From a virus (taxonomy: Duplodnaviria > Caudoviricetes), in the IMG/VR virus record IMGVR_UViG_3300037478_000510, positions 4,092 to 68,091 of that record: a stretch of DNA of 64,000 bases. The stretch is one strand, 5' to 3'. The position numbers and the translations under genes are program-made. Under the pieces are notes generated by a model, which saw nothing but the letters and a program-made list of their open reading frames with translations, searched no databases and was not told where the DNA came from. Each line of letters starts with the position of its first letter. The stretch's first letter is position 1. Positions 29,034 to 37,518 of the stretch are shown here, piece by piece.

Positions 29034-29458
29034 TGGACGCGCATATCGATCTGGCGGCACAAGCCCTGTTGCGTCATCTGAACCGCATGCCACTGGGCAA
29101 GGTGCATCTCCGGCCTGCCGTGTCCGGCGCCGCTACCCATGACATCGAGGTGTGGTTCTACGACAAGTTCGTGGGGGTCGCCAAGGTCACCCACACTGAA
29201 CGGCGGCAGCACGACATTGAGGTTGAAGGGTGGACTATCCCGGTGGGTTGCCTGAGTGATGCGCGCAAGGCATTCTACGCAGCGAAACGTTGGACCAAGC
29301 GGGTAGTATTGCTACTGATTACCAGCGAACACCTTGTATACCTGATGGACATGTCAACCCTGGCGCGCGATTTCGCCAGCTACGAAAAAACGGATGATGG
29401 TCTGGCGATCTGCGTTCCGCATAGTGATCTGATTTATTTGGAGGGCGCGCCCTTCTGA
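29033..29458 (+). CDS. hypothetical protein
   Basis: Coupled to the helicase stop. Confidence 0.6.
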   Translation: MDAHIDLAAQALLRHLNRMPLGKVHLRPAVSGAATHDIEVWFYDKFVGVAKVTHTERRQHDIEVEGWTIPVGCLSDARKAFYAAKRWTKRVVLLLITSEHLVYLMDMSTLARDFASYEKTDDGLAICVPHSDLIYLEGAPF

Positions 29459-29853
29459 TACTTGTCTAGGATGGCGCGGAGTTCGTCGGCGGCTTCGATC
29501 ATGGCCCTGTGCCGCCCCAGCCATTCTGCCGCTCTGTTGTGAGCATCAAGTTCGTCCCTGCCAAATTCGTTTCGTTCGACTTTAATCTCCCAACCCAAGC
29601 ACGCATCTTGCCGCGCCTGTGAAATCCCCTGGCTATATGCATTCTCGCCGCGAGCAGTTAGGCTGTTCACAATATCACCAACCTCCCGCAGCGCGGCTCT
29701 TAGCTTCATGCGCTCGGAAACCAGCCTGTCATTCTGTTCATGGCACTGTTTTGATTCGGCAACAATTCGCTCATTCTCAGCTGTCAGTTGCGCGAGGCGC
29801 CTTTCGTAATCAAGGTCAGAGCCAATCTTGTTGTCATTACCCCAAGTTTTCAT
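29434..29853 (-). CDS. hypothetical coiled-coil protein
   Basis: GGAG RBS; leftward operon. Confidence 0.55.
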   Translation of the reverse strand: MKTWGNDNKIGSDLDYERRLAQLTAENERIVAESKQCHEQNDRLVSERMKLRAALREVGDIVNSLTARGENAYSQGISQARQDACLGWEIKVERNEFGRDELDAHNRAAEWLGRHRAMIEAADELRAILDKYQKGAPSK

Positions 29854-30190
29854 CCCCGCTCTCCTTAATCCTCACCTTGCCGCCGCAACTTGAACAATAC
29901 GGACCGATTGGCTGAAAACTGTCCCATCTTTTATTTCTACAGCCAGTCACCCAGTATGAAATAGTCCCTCCGCCGCTAACCATGGCCCACTCACACACCC
30001 GCTCGCCATCGGGCTTGGGGGCTGCTGCGTATTGTGCGAGGTGTTCAAAACATCGCTTCAGTTCATCCCATTCCACGCATAGGCGTAGAGGCCCACCATC
30101 ACACTCAAAAGTGTAATGTTCTTCAAGCCGCCGAATAAACTCACGCCCATTTTCAATGGCCCCCACAGGCACCTGTCGATATTCAGTCAT
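29837..30190 (-). CDS. hypothetical protein
   Basis: Leftward operon; C-terminal YC..CGGKV. Confidence 0.55.
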   Translation of the reverse strand: MTEYRQVPVGAIENGREFIRRLEEHYTFECDGGPLRLCVEWDELKRCFEHLAQYAAAPKPDGERVCEWAMVSGGGTISYWVTGCRNKRWDSFQPIGPYCSSCGGKVRIKESGDENLG

Positions 30191-30223
30191 GTCAGAACCT
30201 CACGTAAGGGTGCGGGCGATAGC

Positions 30224-30715
30224 TCATTCAAGATGTCCCCAGTTTTGTCTGTTGACGATCATGCTGACCATGCCAGAAGAAACACCGAATTTCTCTGCTA
30301 TTTGGGCATAAGAAACCTGCCCCTTTAGGACGCGTATCGCGCGCACATCTGCTTCCTTCAGTTTAGCCCGGCTGTTAGCTTCTCCTGTTGCGTCGCGGCC
30401 CCTGCCTTTCTTTTTCATGTCACGCATATTGTCAGCGTGGCTTCCTAAGAAAAGATGATCTGGATTAACACAAGCGGGCACATCACACCTGTGAAGAACA
30501 CACATACCCGCCGGTATTGGTCCCTTAAAAATAAGCCAGGCGAACCGGCTTGCTACCCACTGCTTATTTCTGAACCTCAACTGGCCATACCCATGGTTGT
30601 TTCTACGGCCGCTCCACAACCAGCATGATTCTCCCTTTTTTACCTTACCCATAAAGCGTTTTGTGGCGGCCTGCATATGCTCACGCTCGGCTGCGATTTC
30701 TTCAATTACGGTCAC
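30224..30715 (-). CDS. HNH homing-type endonuclease with C-terminal HTH
   Basis: CWLW.G...GYG...R..W....G.IP....VLHRCD...CVNPDHL.LG...DN..D; AT-richer than the genome. Confidence 0.9.
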   Translation of the reverse strand: MTVIEEIAAEREHMQAATKRFMGKVKKGESCWLWSGRRNNHGYGQLRFRNKQWVASRFAWLIFKGPIPAGMCVLHRCDVPACVNPDHLFLGSHADNMRDMKKKGRGRDATGEANSRAKLKEADVRAIRVLKGQVSYAQIAEKFGVSSGMVSMIVNRQNWGHLE

Positions 30716-30905
30716 AGTCTTTCTCCTCTGCCTCTCGCGCTATTTTCTCGCTCACCAGCAGCGCGTATTTCGTGTGCAGCTCGTCATAGCGGGCATAGAT
30801 TTCCGCTGCGTCGTCCGTACAGGGCTGGCAGGCGGTCAGGGTGAGCGCCAACAGGATGCCGGTGCCGCCTTTGCGAATGCGGGTCATAGCAGGCAGCTTC
30901 ATCAT
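30702..30905 (-). CDS. small putative lipoprotein
   Basis: Basic N-terminus, hydrophobic stretch, lipobox LTAC. Confidence 0.5.
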   Translation of the reverse strand: MMKLPAMTRIRKGGTGILLALTLTACQPCTDDAAEIYARYDELHTKYALLVSEKIAREAEEKDCDRN

Positions 30906-31108
30906 CTCCGCTGCTCCAGTGAGTAACGTGCGTAGGTCTTGCCACGCCGGGTGATGTAATCTGTACGAATGGAATGACCCACGGCACGAAGTTCGTGGAT
31001 GCGTGCCGCCAGTCGCAGGCAACCGGCTTGACTCAGTGCGCGCAAGGGTGTGACCGAGCCATGCTGCAGCAAACGTAGGATTTTGTGGTTCTGGGTGGTC
31101 TTTTTCAT
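30902..31108 (-). CDS. winged helix-turn-helix protein
   Basis: Q...IL..L..GS.T...A....G..RLAARI.ELR..G..I.T pattern. Confidence 0.8.
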   Translation of the reverse strand: MKKTTQNHKILRLLQHGSVTPLRALSQAGCLRLAARIHELRAVGHSIRTDYITRRGKTYARYSLEQRR

Positions 31109-31350
31109 GGGGTTTCTCCCTCAAGGAATTTCTCTAGCTTATGCAGTAGTTCTGCGTAGTCCTTGTCAGGCAGACGTAGAACATCAAGTAGCGCCTCAGC
31201 GGCACGCGCCTTGTTGGCGTCGGCCAGCAGCAGGCGGTCAAGGATTGAATCGACATCACTCTTTGTAGCTTTCTCGATCATCGTTCACCAATGTCCTTGG
31301 GTCAGCAATCTATGATGAGTATCCAAAGCTTCATGTCGTGTGCGTGCATC

Positions 31351-31722
31351 TCACCTGATCTCATCCCAACGGCGCAGCATGTTCAGCATGGTCATGAAGT
31401 TGCCCTCGATAGCCCAGTTGTCCACCAGCACCACGCAGTTAGAATGCATGTCAGCACTACGCAGGGTGCGCCAGTCCCAGCCAGGACCCATGGATTGAGG
31501 GGTTTCAAACTGGATGTGAAGGTTCTTTTTTTGATCGATCCATTCGCGCTCCAGTGCCCTAGCGTGATCCACGCTGTAACAAACGACGTAAACCGCCAAC
31601 CCGTCCTTGGCGAATGCAATAGCCTCTTCCATCATGCGGGTGGTGCGGCCGGTCGCCCGTGGGGCCATCACTTCATAGCGACGACTGTGGCCCATTACCT
31701 TCAATTTTTCGTGTAAATTCAT
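31351..31722 (-). CDS. small P-loop-like protein
   Basis: RATGRTT Walker-A-like motif; VVLVD strand. Confidence 0.5.
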   Translation of the reverse strand: MNLHEKLKVMGHSRRYEVMAPRATGRTTRMMEEAIAFAKDGLAVYVVCYSVDHARALEREWIDQKKNLHIQFETPQSMGPGWDWRTLRSADMHSNCVVLVDNWAIEGNFMTMLNMLRRWDEIR

Positions 31723-31877
31723 ACCGGTGTCCTCGGGTCAGCAATCTTAAAATCGCGCGGCTCCTCGAAGCCCAGCATCTGCTGGATCAGCTTGGCCGCT
31801 TCAAGCTGGTTCGGCGCCATCACCTCGATGGTGGTTTGGGTGCCGTCCGGCAGTTCCACTTCTGCTACCAGCAACAT
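31719..31877 (-). CDS. hypothetical protein (52 aa)
   Basis: ATG adjacent to the upstream stop. Confidence 0.45.
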   Translation of the reverse strand: MLLVAEVELPDGTQTTIEVMAPNQLEAAKLIQQMLGFEEPRDFKIADPRTPV

Positions 31878-31878
31878 G

Positions 31879-32265
31879 TCAGCAGTCGGTGTACGGCATA
31901 GTCCGATAATGCCAGCTTTTGTGCGGGGCAGAACTGGTGGGCGCCTCGTCCTGCGTTTCGATGAAGGCAATGGTGGCCTTTACCTGTTCCAACTGGCGCT
32001 CCAGGTGCTCCTGTTGGCGGCGCTTGCGTATGCAGAATGAGTTCCATGCCTTCTTCTGGGTCGGATACGCGAATCGCTTACGGGCATCCTTCAGCACGAA
32101 CTTGCGGTTCTGGATGTCGCCCCACTCGAAACCCATCTTCAGCCACACCCCCTTCGGGGTGTGCTTGACTACCTCGAAAGTCTCCAAATTGATGTGCTCG
32201 TAGCCGTCCGTGTAGCGATACCAGACTTCACGCCCATCAATGGTTTCGACTTCTACCTCAGTCAT
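31879..32265 (-). CDS. conserved phage hypothetical protein
   Basis: GGAG RBS; F.V.K.TPKG.W...KFVL...RKRFAYPT...A..SF..RK pattern. Confidence 0.7.
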   Translation of the reverse strand: MTEVEVETIDGREVWYRYTDGYEHINLETFEVVKHTPKGVWLKMGFEWGDIQNRKFVLKDARKRFAYPTQKKAWNSFCIRKRRQQEHLERQLEQVKATIAFIETQDEAPTSSAPHKSWHYRTMPYTDC

Positions 32266-32824
32266 GTTCCGGTCTCCAGTTGCGCCATTCTCCAGCCAGC
32301 CACGCTTCGAACGATGGACTGCTGGGGCCGTATTCCTTGCCGTCAACCACCATGCGCCAATCCTGCCACTCGACATGGGATGGATGGTTATGTCGCGCTT
32401 GGCGCGCTTTCGCCAATCCAGCCTGTTTCAGAACAGCCATCCCATGATTGATGATCTGAATATATTTTGATTGAGACATGTCCCCGCGATCCACCATCAT
32501 TCGCATGCGCCCGTCATGAATGAAGTTGTGACAGGCATGGCACAGCGGCACCAGATGGTCGAAGATGACCCAGCCCCTGGTATAGTCGAACAAGTAGAAC
32601 TCGTGCGCTTCTAGCCAGTGGTGGAACAGTGCATCCTGTTTATAGACACCGCAAGCGGAACAGTGAAAATCGTTCTGCGCATAGGTTTTACGTCGTTCAA
32701 CATCCCACCAATCCTTGCCGTAGATCGTGCGCGGGTTAATGCCGTGCAGCGGTTTCGGGATATTCGGGTGGCACAGGATGGAGGGGTCGATCGTCACAAT
32801 ACACTCCAAATTATCGCCAGCCAC
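32258..32824 (-). CDS. HNH-like zinc-binding protein
   Basis: IPKPLHG.NPR....WW...R......C..CG...LEAHE...L.PLC..CH..IH.GR. Confidence 0.7.
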   Translation of the reverse strand: MAGDNLECIVTIDPSILCHPNIPKPLHGINPRTIYGKDWWDVERRKTYAQNDFHCSACGVYKQDALFHHWLEAHEFYLFDYTRGWVIFDHLVPLCHACHNFIHDGRMRMMVDRGDMSQSKYIQIINHGMAVLKQAGLAKARQARHNHPSHVEWQDWRMVVDGKEYGPSSPSFEAWLAGEWRNWRPEHD

Positions 32825-32947
32825 ACCCAGCAGATCAGTAGTAGGAGGATCAGGCCGACGGCGTCGCGCAGGCCGGCGCGGAGATTCTCGAAAAAACCGA
32901 AAAACCGCTTACATTTCAATGGGACGACGGCGGCGCGGCGGATGATT

Positions 32948-33175
32948 TCAAGCGCGAGTTTCACCACCCCCCCCGCTATGATCCGGTTTCTGGCGCGACC
33001 ACACTTCACGCACCGTCATACCCTCACAAGCACAGTCTCGGCCAGTGCAGCAATACGGGACGTCCAGATTGCTGGACCACACTTCTTTGTGCCACATGCT
33101 CGCCTGCTCACATAGCATCCAGAACAGAATGCGCAACTTATAGGCGGCGTCGCGGATGATGTGAATGGGGTTCAT
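32948..33175 (-). CDS. hypothetical Cys-containing protein
   Basis: ATGA coupling; CCTGRDCAC. Confidence 0.5.
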   Translation of the reverse strand: MNPIHIIRDAAYKLRILFWMLCEQASMWHKEVWSSNLDVPYCCTGRDCACEGMTVREVWSRQKPDHSGGGGETRA

Positions 33176-33390
33176 TTGGCTTCCCACGCGGGGCAGTTGG
33201 TAAAAACGCCTGAATCGTCAGAGAACCGCATAATTGATGTCCGGCACAGATACGTACACCGCGGCAGTGGCGGAACGACAACCTCATTCCATTTACATTT
33301 GCCGCTCCTATACGGGTGCGATCCCTTGGTCGGTTCTGACCAGTCCGGCTCATACTTGCAGTTCAAGCATGATTCGTTATCCATCACCAC
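33172..33390 (-). CDS. small Cys-rich protein
   Basis: CLNCKY...C...C..WE pattern. Confidence 0.55.
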   Translation of the reverse strand: MVMDNESCLNCKYEPDWSEPTKGSHPYRSGKCKWNEVVVPPLPRCTYLCRTSIMRFSDDSGVFTNCPAWEAK

Positions 33391-33396
33391 ACCCTC

Positions 33397-33999
33397 CTAT
33401 GTTGATTCCGCCCACAACGCCACGACCTGTTCCGGGCTGATGTATTTGCGGATAATGTCGGCTTGGGTTTTGCGCGCAGCAGCCCAAGCAGCAGCCCTAA
33501 CAGCAGCCCCATCAGCAGCCCTAACAGCAGCCCTAACAGCAGCCTCAGCAGCCCTAACAGCAGCCCCATCAGCAGCCTCAGAAGCAGCCCTAACAGCAGC
33601 CCTAACAGCAGCCTCAGCAGCCCTAACAGCAGCCTCAGCAGCCCTAACAGCAGCCTCAGCAGCCCTAACAGCAGCCCTAACAGCAGCCTCAGAAGCAGCC
33701 TCAGTAGCAGCAAGAGCCTGCTTTTTGGTGTGCGTGCCTGCAACCACACCACGCGCAATCGTCAGTGTCGAGCGGCACAGGTCCGTGTATTTACCGGCGT
33801 GCGGAATAGCCCGTTCCGCGTGATCACAGGCGATCAAGATCATCGTGTTTTGCGGCGGTTCCAGCCGGCACAGCAACCAGTGCATCCAGTCGCTGCGCTC
33901 ACACTCAGCCCATGCGGTAGCCAGATCGCGGTCAGCTACCCACTCGACAGCCTCACTACAGGCGTTCATTTCACGGAGTTTTTTAGCTAGCATTACCAA
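33397..33999 (-). CDS. phage protein with an Ala-rich low-complexity repeat
   Basis: AC.EA.EW......AW..C.R.DWM.WLL...ACD.AE N-terminus; (AAVR/AAE)n repeat; QADIIR end. Confidence 0.75.
   Translation of the reverse strand: MVMLAKKLREMNACSEAVEWVADRDLATAWAECERSDWMHWLLCRLEPPQNTMILIACDHAERAIPHAGKYTDLCRSTLTIARGVVAGTHTKKQALAATEAASEAAVRAAVRAAEAAVRAAEAAVRAAEAAVRAAVRAASEAADGAAVRAAEAAVRAAVRAADGAAVRAAAWAAARKTQADIIRKYISPEQVVALWAEST
33478..33715. repeat. mixed 9/12-nt tandem repeat inside a CDS
   Basis: Units AGCAGCCCTAAC, AGCAGCCTC and AGCAGCCCCATC, all multiples of 3. Confidence 0.9.
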
Positions 34000-34085
34000 A
34001 CCCTCCTATCCCTTCCAATAAACTGGCTGGCAATAACCACAACGATTCCGGCCAGAGTGCATAAAATGATTCCGATGATTTCCAT
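33993..34085 (-). CDS. 30-aa membrane peptide
   Basis: MEIIGIILCTLAGIVVVIASQFIGRDRRVW; single hydrophobic helix. Confidence 0.45.
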   Translation of the reverse strand: MEIIGIILCTLAGIVVVIASQFIGRDRRVW

Positions 34086-34086
34086 A

Positions 34087-34344
34087 TCAGGGTTCCTCCC
34101 ATCGCGGTATGCTACTGCCCCGCGCAAAGTCGCCCGGATCGAAAGTAAAGTCCTCACCGCATTCACTGCCAAAATCCGCCATTGCTGACGCGCATTCGGG
34201 ATGCATCCAGTCGTCCATGAAATCACCCTCTGAGAGGTAAGCGCGGTAACGTGCCCGATCGCCTTTATTGATCGGCTCAGCGCACCACACGCACTGATGC
34301 GTCTTGCGGCAAACCACATCCTTGGATCGCAATTCGTTGTACAT
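34087..34344 (-). CDS. small zinc-binding protein
   Basis: RK.H.C.WC.E.I..G.......H.EC pattern; GAGGAG RBS. Confidence 0.7.
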   Translation of the reverse strand: MYNELRSKDVVCRKTHQCVWCAEPINKGDRARYRAYLSEGDFMDDWMHPECASAMADFGSECGEDFTFDPGDFARGSSIPRWEEP

Positions 34345-34370
34345 CTCCTCTCCTCTCGTTTCCTTGCCGC

Positions 34371-34727
34371 CTATGCGGGTTTGAGCAGTTCATCTAACTT
34401 CGCTTGTCGATCCGCTATTTCAGCGGTAAGCCGAGTGATTGCAGCTTGCCGCTTTTCCATTACCTCACGAGCTAACCGTTCCGTTTTTTGTTCTGCTGTT
34501 TCGCTTGGTACGGCAGAAAAATACCTTTCTCCCTTGCCTGGAATGGGGCGCACCGTCATATAGTCAAACCCCATTTTTTCGCCAAGGGAGGCCCATGCTC
34601 TATTGGCGTTCTCTTGCGGGCTCGCGCCCACGTAGTTGCCGATTTTCATCACTACCGTCGGTTTGCACGCTTCAAGGATTTTCTGAAGGTCATCGTCTGT
34701 CATTTCGTATTCGGTTCTCGGATACAT
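34371..34727 (-). CDS. hypothetical protein flanked by direct repeats
   Basis: GAGG RBS; bounded by a 24-bp exact direct repeat. Confidence 0.7.
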   Translation of the reverse strand: MYPRTEYEMTDDDLQKILEACKPTVVMKIGNYVGASPQENANRAWASLGEKMGFDYMTVRPIPGKGERYFSAVPSETAEQKTERLAREVMEKRQAAITRLTAEIADRQAKLDELLKPA

Positions 34728-34969
34728 CTCTTTTCCTCTCGTTTCCTTGCCGCCTATCCCCCGCCTTGTGACAGGGGCGGCGGCTGCGGGTGGCTGAGTT
34801 CATGCAGAGACGATAGCATCATGAGGTGATGATGTCAACGAGTAATCCAGACGGGCTTGTTGGCTTACAAATTGACCTATCATCAGGCTTGTGAGGGGCG
34901 GCTTCACACCTTGTTCCTGACATGTTATATAACCATTCTTGACACTCACTTCGTCGCAGGAGGATTGAC

Positions 34970-35083
34970 TTTCCCATTCTGCTGCTGTATTTAAACCTCT
35001 TTTCCTCCGGTGACCCCGGAATCCATCAGGGGTGGATTCCTCACCTCCTCCAAGAGGTTTAAATACAGCAGCAGAATGGGAAA
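34970..35083. repeat. perfect 32-bp inverted repeat with a 50-nt structured loop
   Basis: 34970-35001 TTTCCCATTCTGCTGCTGTATTTAAACCTCTT is the exact reverse complement of 35052-35083. Confidence 0.9.
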
Positions 35084-35223
35084 AATCCGCCCGTTTCGCT
35101 GTATCCCTGCACAGTGGTCCGCGAACCGTTTACCTGTCTTGACCTAGCTTGACGAATCCCCCCTCCCAGCCCGCCTTATTCCTGACAAGTTGAGTAGAAA
35201 GCGCAAGCCACGGATTCCGGACA

Positions 35224-35254
35224 CAAAAAAACCCCGACCGCGAAGGGCCGGGGT
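35224..35254 (-). terminator. intrinsic terminator
   Basis: Minus strand ACCCCGGCC-cttcgc-GGTCGGGGT followed by T6-7. Confidence 0.75.
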
Positions 35255-35287
35255 AAGGTCAGCGGAGTATCACCTCGCTGTATTCTT

Positions 35288-35572
35288 TCAGACGACTGCG
35301 GCGACGTTCGCCCAACGGTCCAGCGTCTCGCAGTGCTCGACCAATCGGTACAGGTCATCGCACCGCAAAGCCTCAATGACGGCCGCTTGATCCAGCTTGC
35401 GAATGGTCAGCTTTTGCAAGCGCAGATCGTAAAGGAACTTGTTCTTGTCGGCGTCGGCGCGCAGCTTGTTCGCCTCACGGCGCACCGTGACCAGGTTGGG
35501 GTCCACCACCGGGTCGATCCACGCCGGGATGTTGTGGGGCGCTACACGCCCGCTCAGTCGATATAGGATCAT
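35288..35572 (-). CDS. hypothetical protein
   Basis: GAGGAG RBS; ends just before the terminator. Confidence 0.6.
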   Translation of the reverse strand: MILYRLSGRVAPHNIPAWIDPVVDPNLVTVRREANKLRADADKNKFLYDLRLQKLTIRKLDQAAVIEALRCDDLYRLVEHCETLDRWANVAAVV

Positions 35573-35681
35573 GCCCGTCTCCTCACTTTGTAGACGGGCG
35601 GAAGCGGCCAATGGCGGAAATGGCCGCAAACCATCTGGGTGCCCACCATCGGGTGGACGCGAATGTAGGGTCGAATGTAAA

Positions 35682-35939
35682 TCATGGCGACACCTCACAT
35701 GAAAAGTGATCAGCCAGTCGCACCTCTTGCGGTGACTGGTCGGGCCGGTGGACTTCAGCGGTCACAGCGCCTAGGTCAAAGGCCCAGTTTAGCGCCTGCT
35801 GGATAGCCCCTTCGGGGTTGTTGCGCAGGGCCAGGTCGGCGGCATTCTCACCGCAGGGCCATGCAGCCGTCGCGCCCGCCAAGCGCATCGTCACATGCTG
35901 GCTGCAGTGCTCGATGTAGGCGTGGTCTCCGTTGTTCAT
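35682..35939 (-). CDS. hypothetical protein
   Basis: AAGGAG RBS. Confidence 0.55.
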   Translation of the reverse strand: MNNGDHAYIEHCSQHVTMRLAGATAAWPCGENAADLALRNNPEGAIQQALNWAFDLGAVTAEVHRPDQSPQEVRLADHFSCEVSP

Positions 35940-35999
35940 TGCGATACTCCTTACACGTTGAGTGTAGGCCCCCGGCGGACCGGGGGCGTTGATAATCGA

Positions 36000-37508
36000 T
36001 TACTGATCCAGCGCGACGATGGCGCGGGCGCCTGCACTGCGGATGTGCGCAGCGTTCCATGCGTTGATCGGGCTGCTGCAGATCACCAGTGCATCGGCAG
36101 CGGCCAGCCGCCTCCATTCGCTTGCCGGATTGATGGTCAGGTAGCCATCGGTGAAGAAGATCAGCGCGTCGTAAGTGATGCCGTTTTCTGCCAGATAATC
36201 CAGCGCCACGGACGGCTGCTCAGCGCCACCAGCGCGCGGCACTTCCAGGTCGAGCAACTCCTGCCCGGTGAACACCTCGTCAATCCGATTGATCGATTCG
36301 GTAAACCAAATCACGGTGACACCGGATTGCGGCTGGACCAGATCGATACAGGCGGCCAGGTTGTCGATGACTTGATGCAATTGCTTGTGTGAAATACTGC
36401 CGCTCAGGTCCACGCAAAACACGATGCGATCCACTGTGCCCTTACGTGACGGGCTGGCGATGCCGTACAGGGTCAGGCGGCGCCGGTTCAGGCGTGACCA
36501 GTCGGTATCCCCATCGCGGCCCAGCCGGGTGACCCAGTCGGACAGGTACTGCTGCCACTCGACGGTCGGCTCACCGGCCTCGCCGTGCCGGTATCCGGCG
36601 CGGGTAAAGCCAAAACCGACACCGCCTGGCAATTCACCACGCTCGCGCATCCGCTCAGCGATGTCCAATACCTCATCCACGGTCCGCTCAATCTCGGCGG
36701 CGTCCTCTGCGGCTTGCTGAGCGGCTTCAGCGGGCGATTCGGCGTCATACTGCGGCTCGAAGTGCCCATCGTGCCCGGCATGCGGTGACGGCTGCGGCTC
36801 AGCTTCCTCTGCACCGCTGGTGCCACCACCTTCGGAAGTGGTCTCGTCATCGGCTTCGTCAGAACCCTCTGAAGCGGCACCTGATTCATCAGAATCATTT
36901 TCGTCGGCGGCATCGGCAGCGCTGGCGCCATCTTCAGACTCTGCGGATTCATCAGTTGCATCTGAGGCGTCCGCATCATCCGACTCGCCACTGTCCGGTT
37001 CAGGTTCTTCAGCGGCATCCTCTGCGGCCAATGTCAGGTAAACCTCGTCAACCAGGTGATCGCGGCTGAAACGACGGTCCAGCAGGGCCACCGGGATGAA
37101 TTCCATGCCATGCGCGATCAAATCGGCATTGATGACATAATCGCCGGCCATGTTCCACAGCGCAGGACTCCAGCGGATGTCAGCCGCGCCCATACTGCGG
37201 CGAAAGAACCCGCGCGCCTTGTATACAGAAGCCCGGCGCATGTGCTGCAGGACGATATGCCCAACTTCATGCGCCAGCAGAAACGCCCGCTGGCCATCGT
37301 TCGGCAGGTGGAGGAAAAACGCCGGGTTGATGTAGACATAGGCGCCATCGGTCCCGGCGGTCGGGACGCGGTCGGTCCAGATGACCGGCGTGTTGATCAG
37401 GACCGCGTAGTAGGCCCATGCCTTTGATTGCAGGACGATCAGAGCCGCCATGTAGCGATCATGACGGTGCAGGTCATGGGTATCGGTGAATAGCGGTTTC
37501 GCATGCAT
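36000..37508 (-). CDS. metallopeptidase-like (HExxH) + VWA domain protein (DUF2201-like)
   Basis: PTAGTDG...INP.FF...FLLAHEVGHI...H..R...WN.AGDYVIN; acidic linker; VDLSGSIS MIDAS-like motif; FFTDGY. Confidence 0.85.
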   Translation of the reverse strand: MHAKPLFTDTHDLHRHDRYMAALIVLQSKAWAYYAVLINTPVIWTDRVPTAGTDGAYVYINPAFFLHLPNDGQRAFLLAHEVGHIVLQHMRRASVYKARGFFRRSMGAADIRWSPALWNMAGDYVINADLIAHGMEFIPVALLDRRFSRDHLVDEVYLTLAAEDAAEEPEPDSGESDDADASDATDESAESEDGASAADAADENDSDESGAASEGSDEADDETTSEGGGTSGAEEAEPQPSPHAGHDGHFEPQYDAESPAEAAQQAAEDAAEIERTVDEVLDIAERMRERGELPGGVGFGFTRAGYRHGEAGEPTVEWQQYLSDWVTRLGRDGDTDWSRLNRRRLTLYGIASPSRKGTVDRIVFCVDLSGSISHKQLHQVIDNLAACIDLVQPQSGVTVIWFTESINRIDEVFTGQELLDLEVPRAGGAEQPSVALDYLAENGITYDALIFFTDGYLTINPASEWRRLAAADALVICSSPINAWNAAHIRSAGARAIVALDQ

Positions 37509-37518
37509 GATGGTCTCC

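Noticed and set aside
29033-29458. Restriction-endonuclease-like call for the post-helicase ORF
   Set aside because: The D...(D/E)xK motif is incomplete (HDIE...VAKV), so it is left as hypothetical.
33161-33990. Alternative-frame ORFs 33161-33823, 33384-33758 and 33463-33990
   Set aside because: They are open only because the tandem repeat lacks stops; the 33397-33999 frame has the recognisable family N-terminus.
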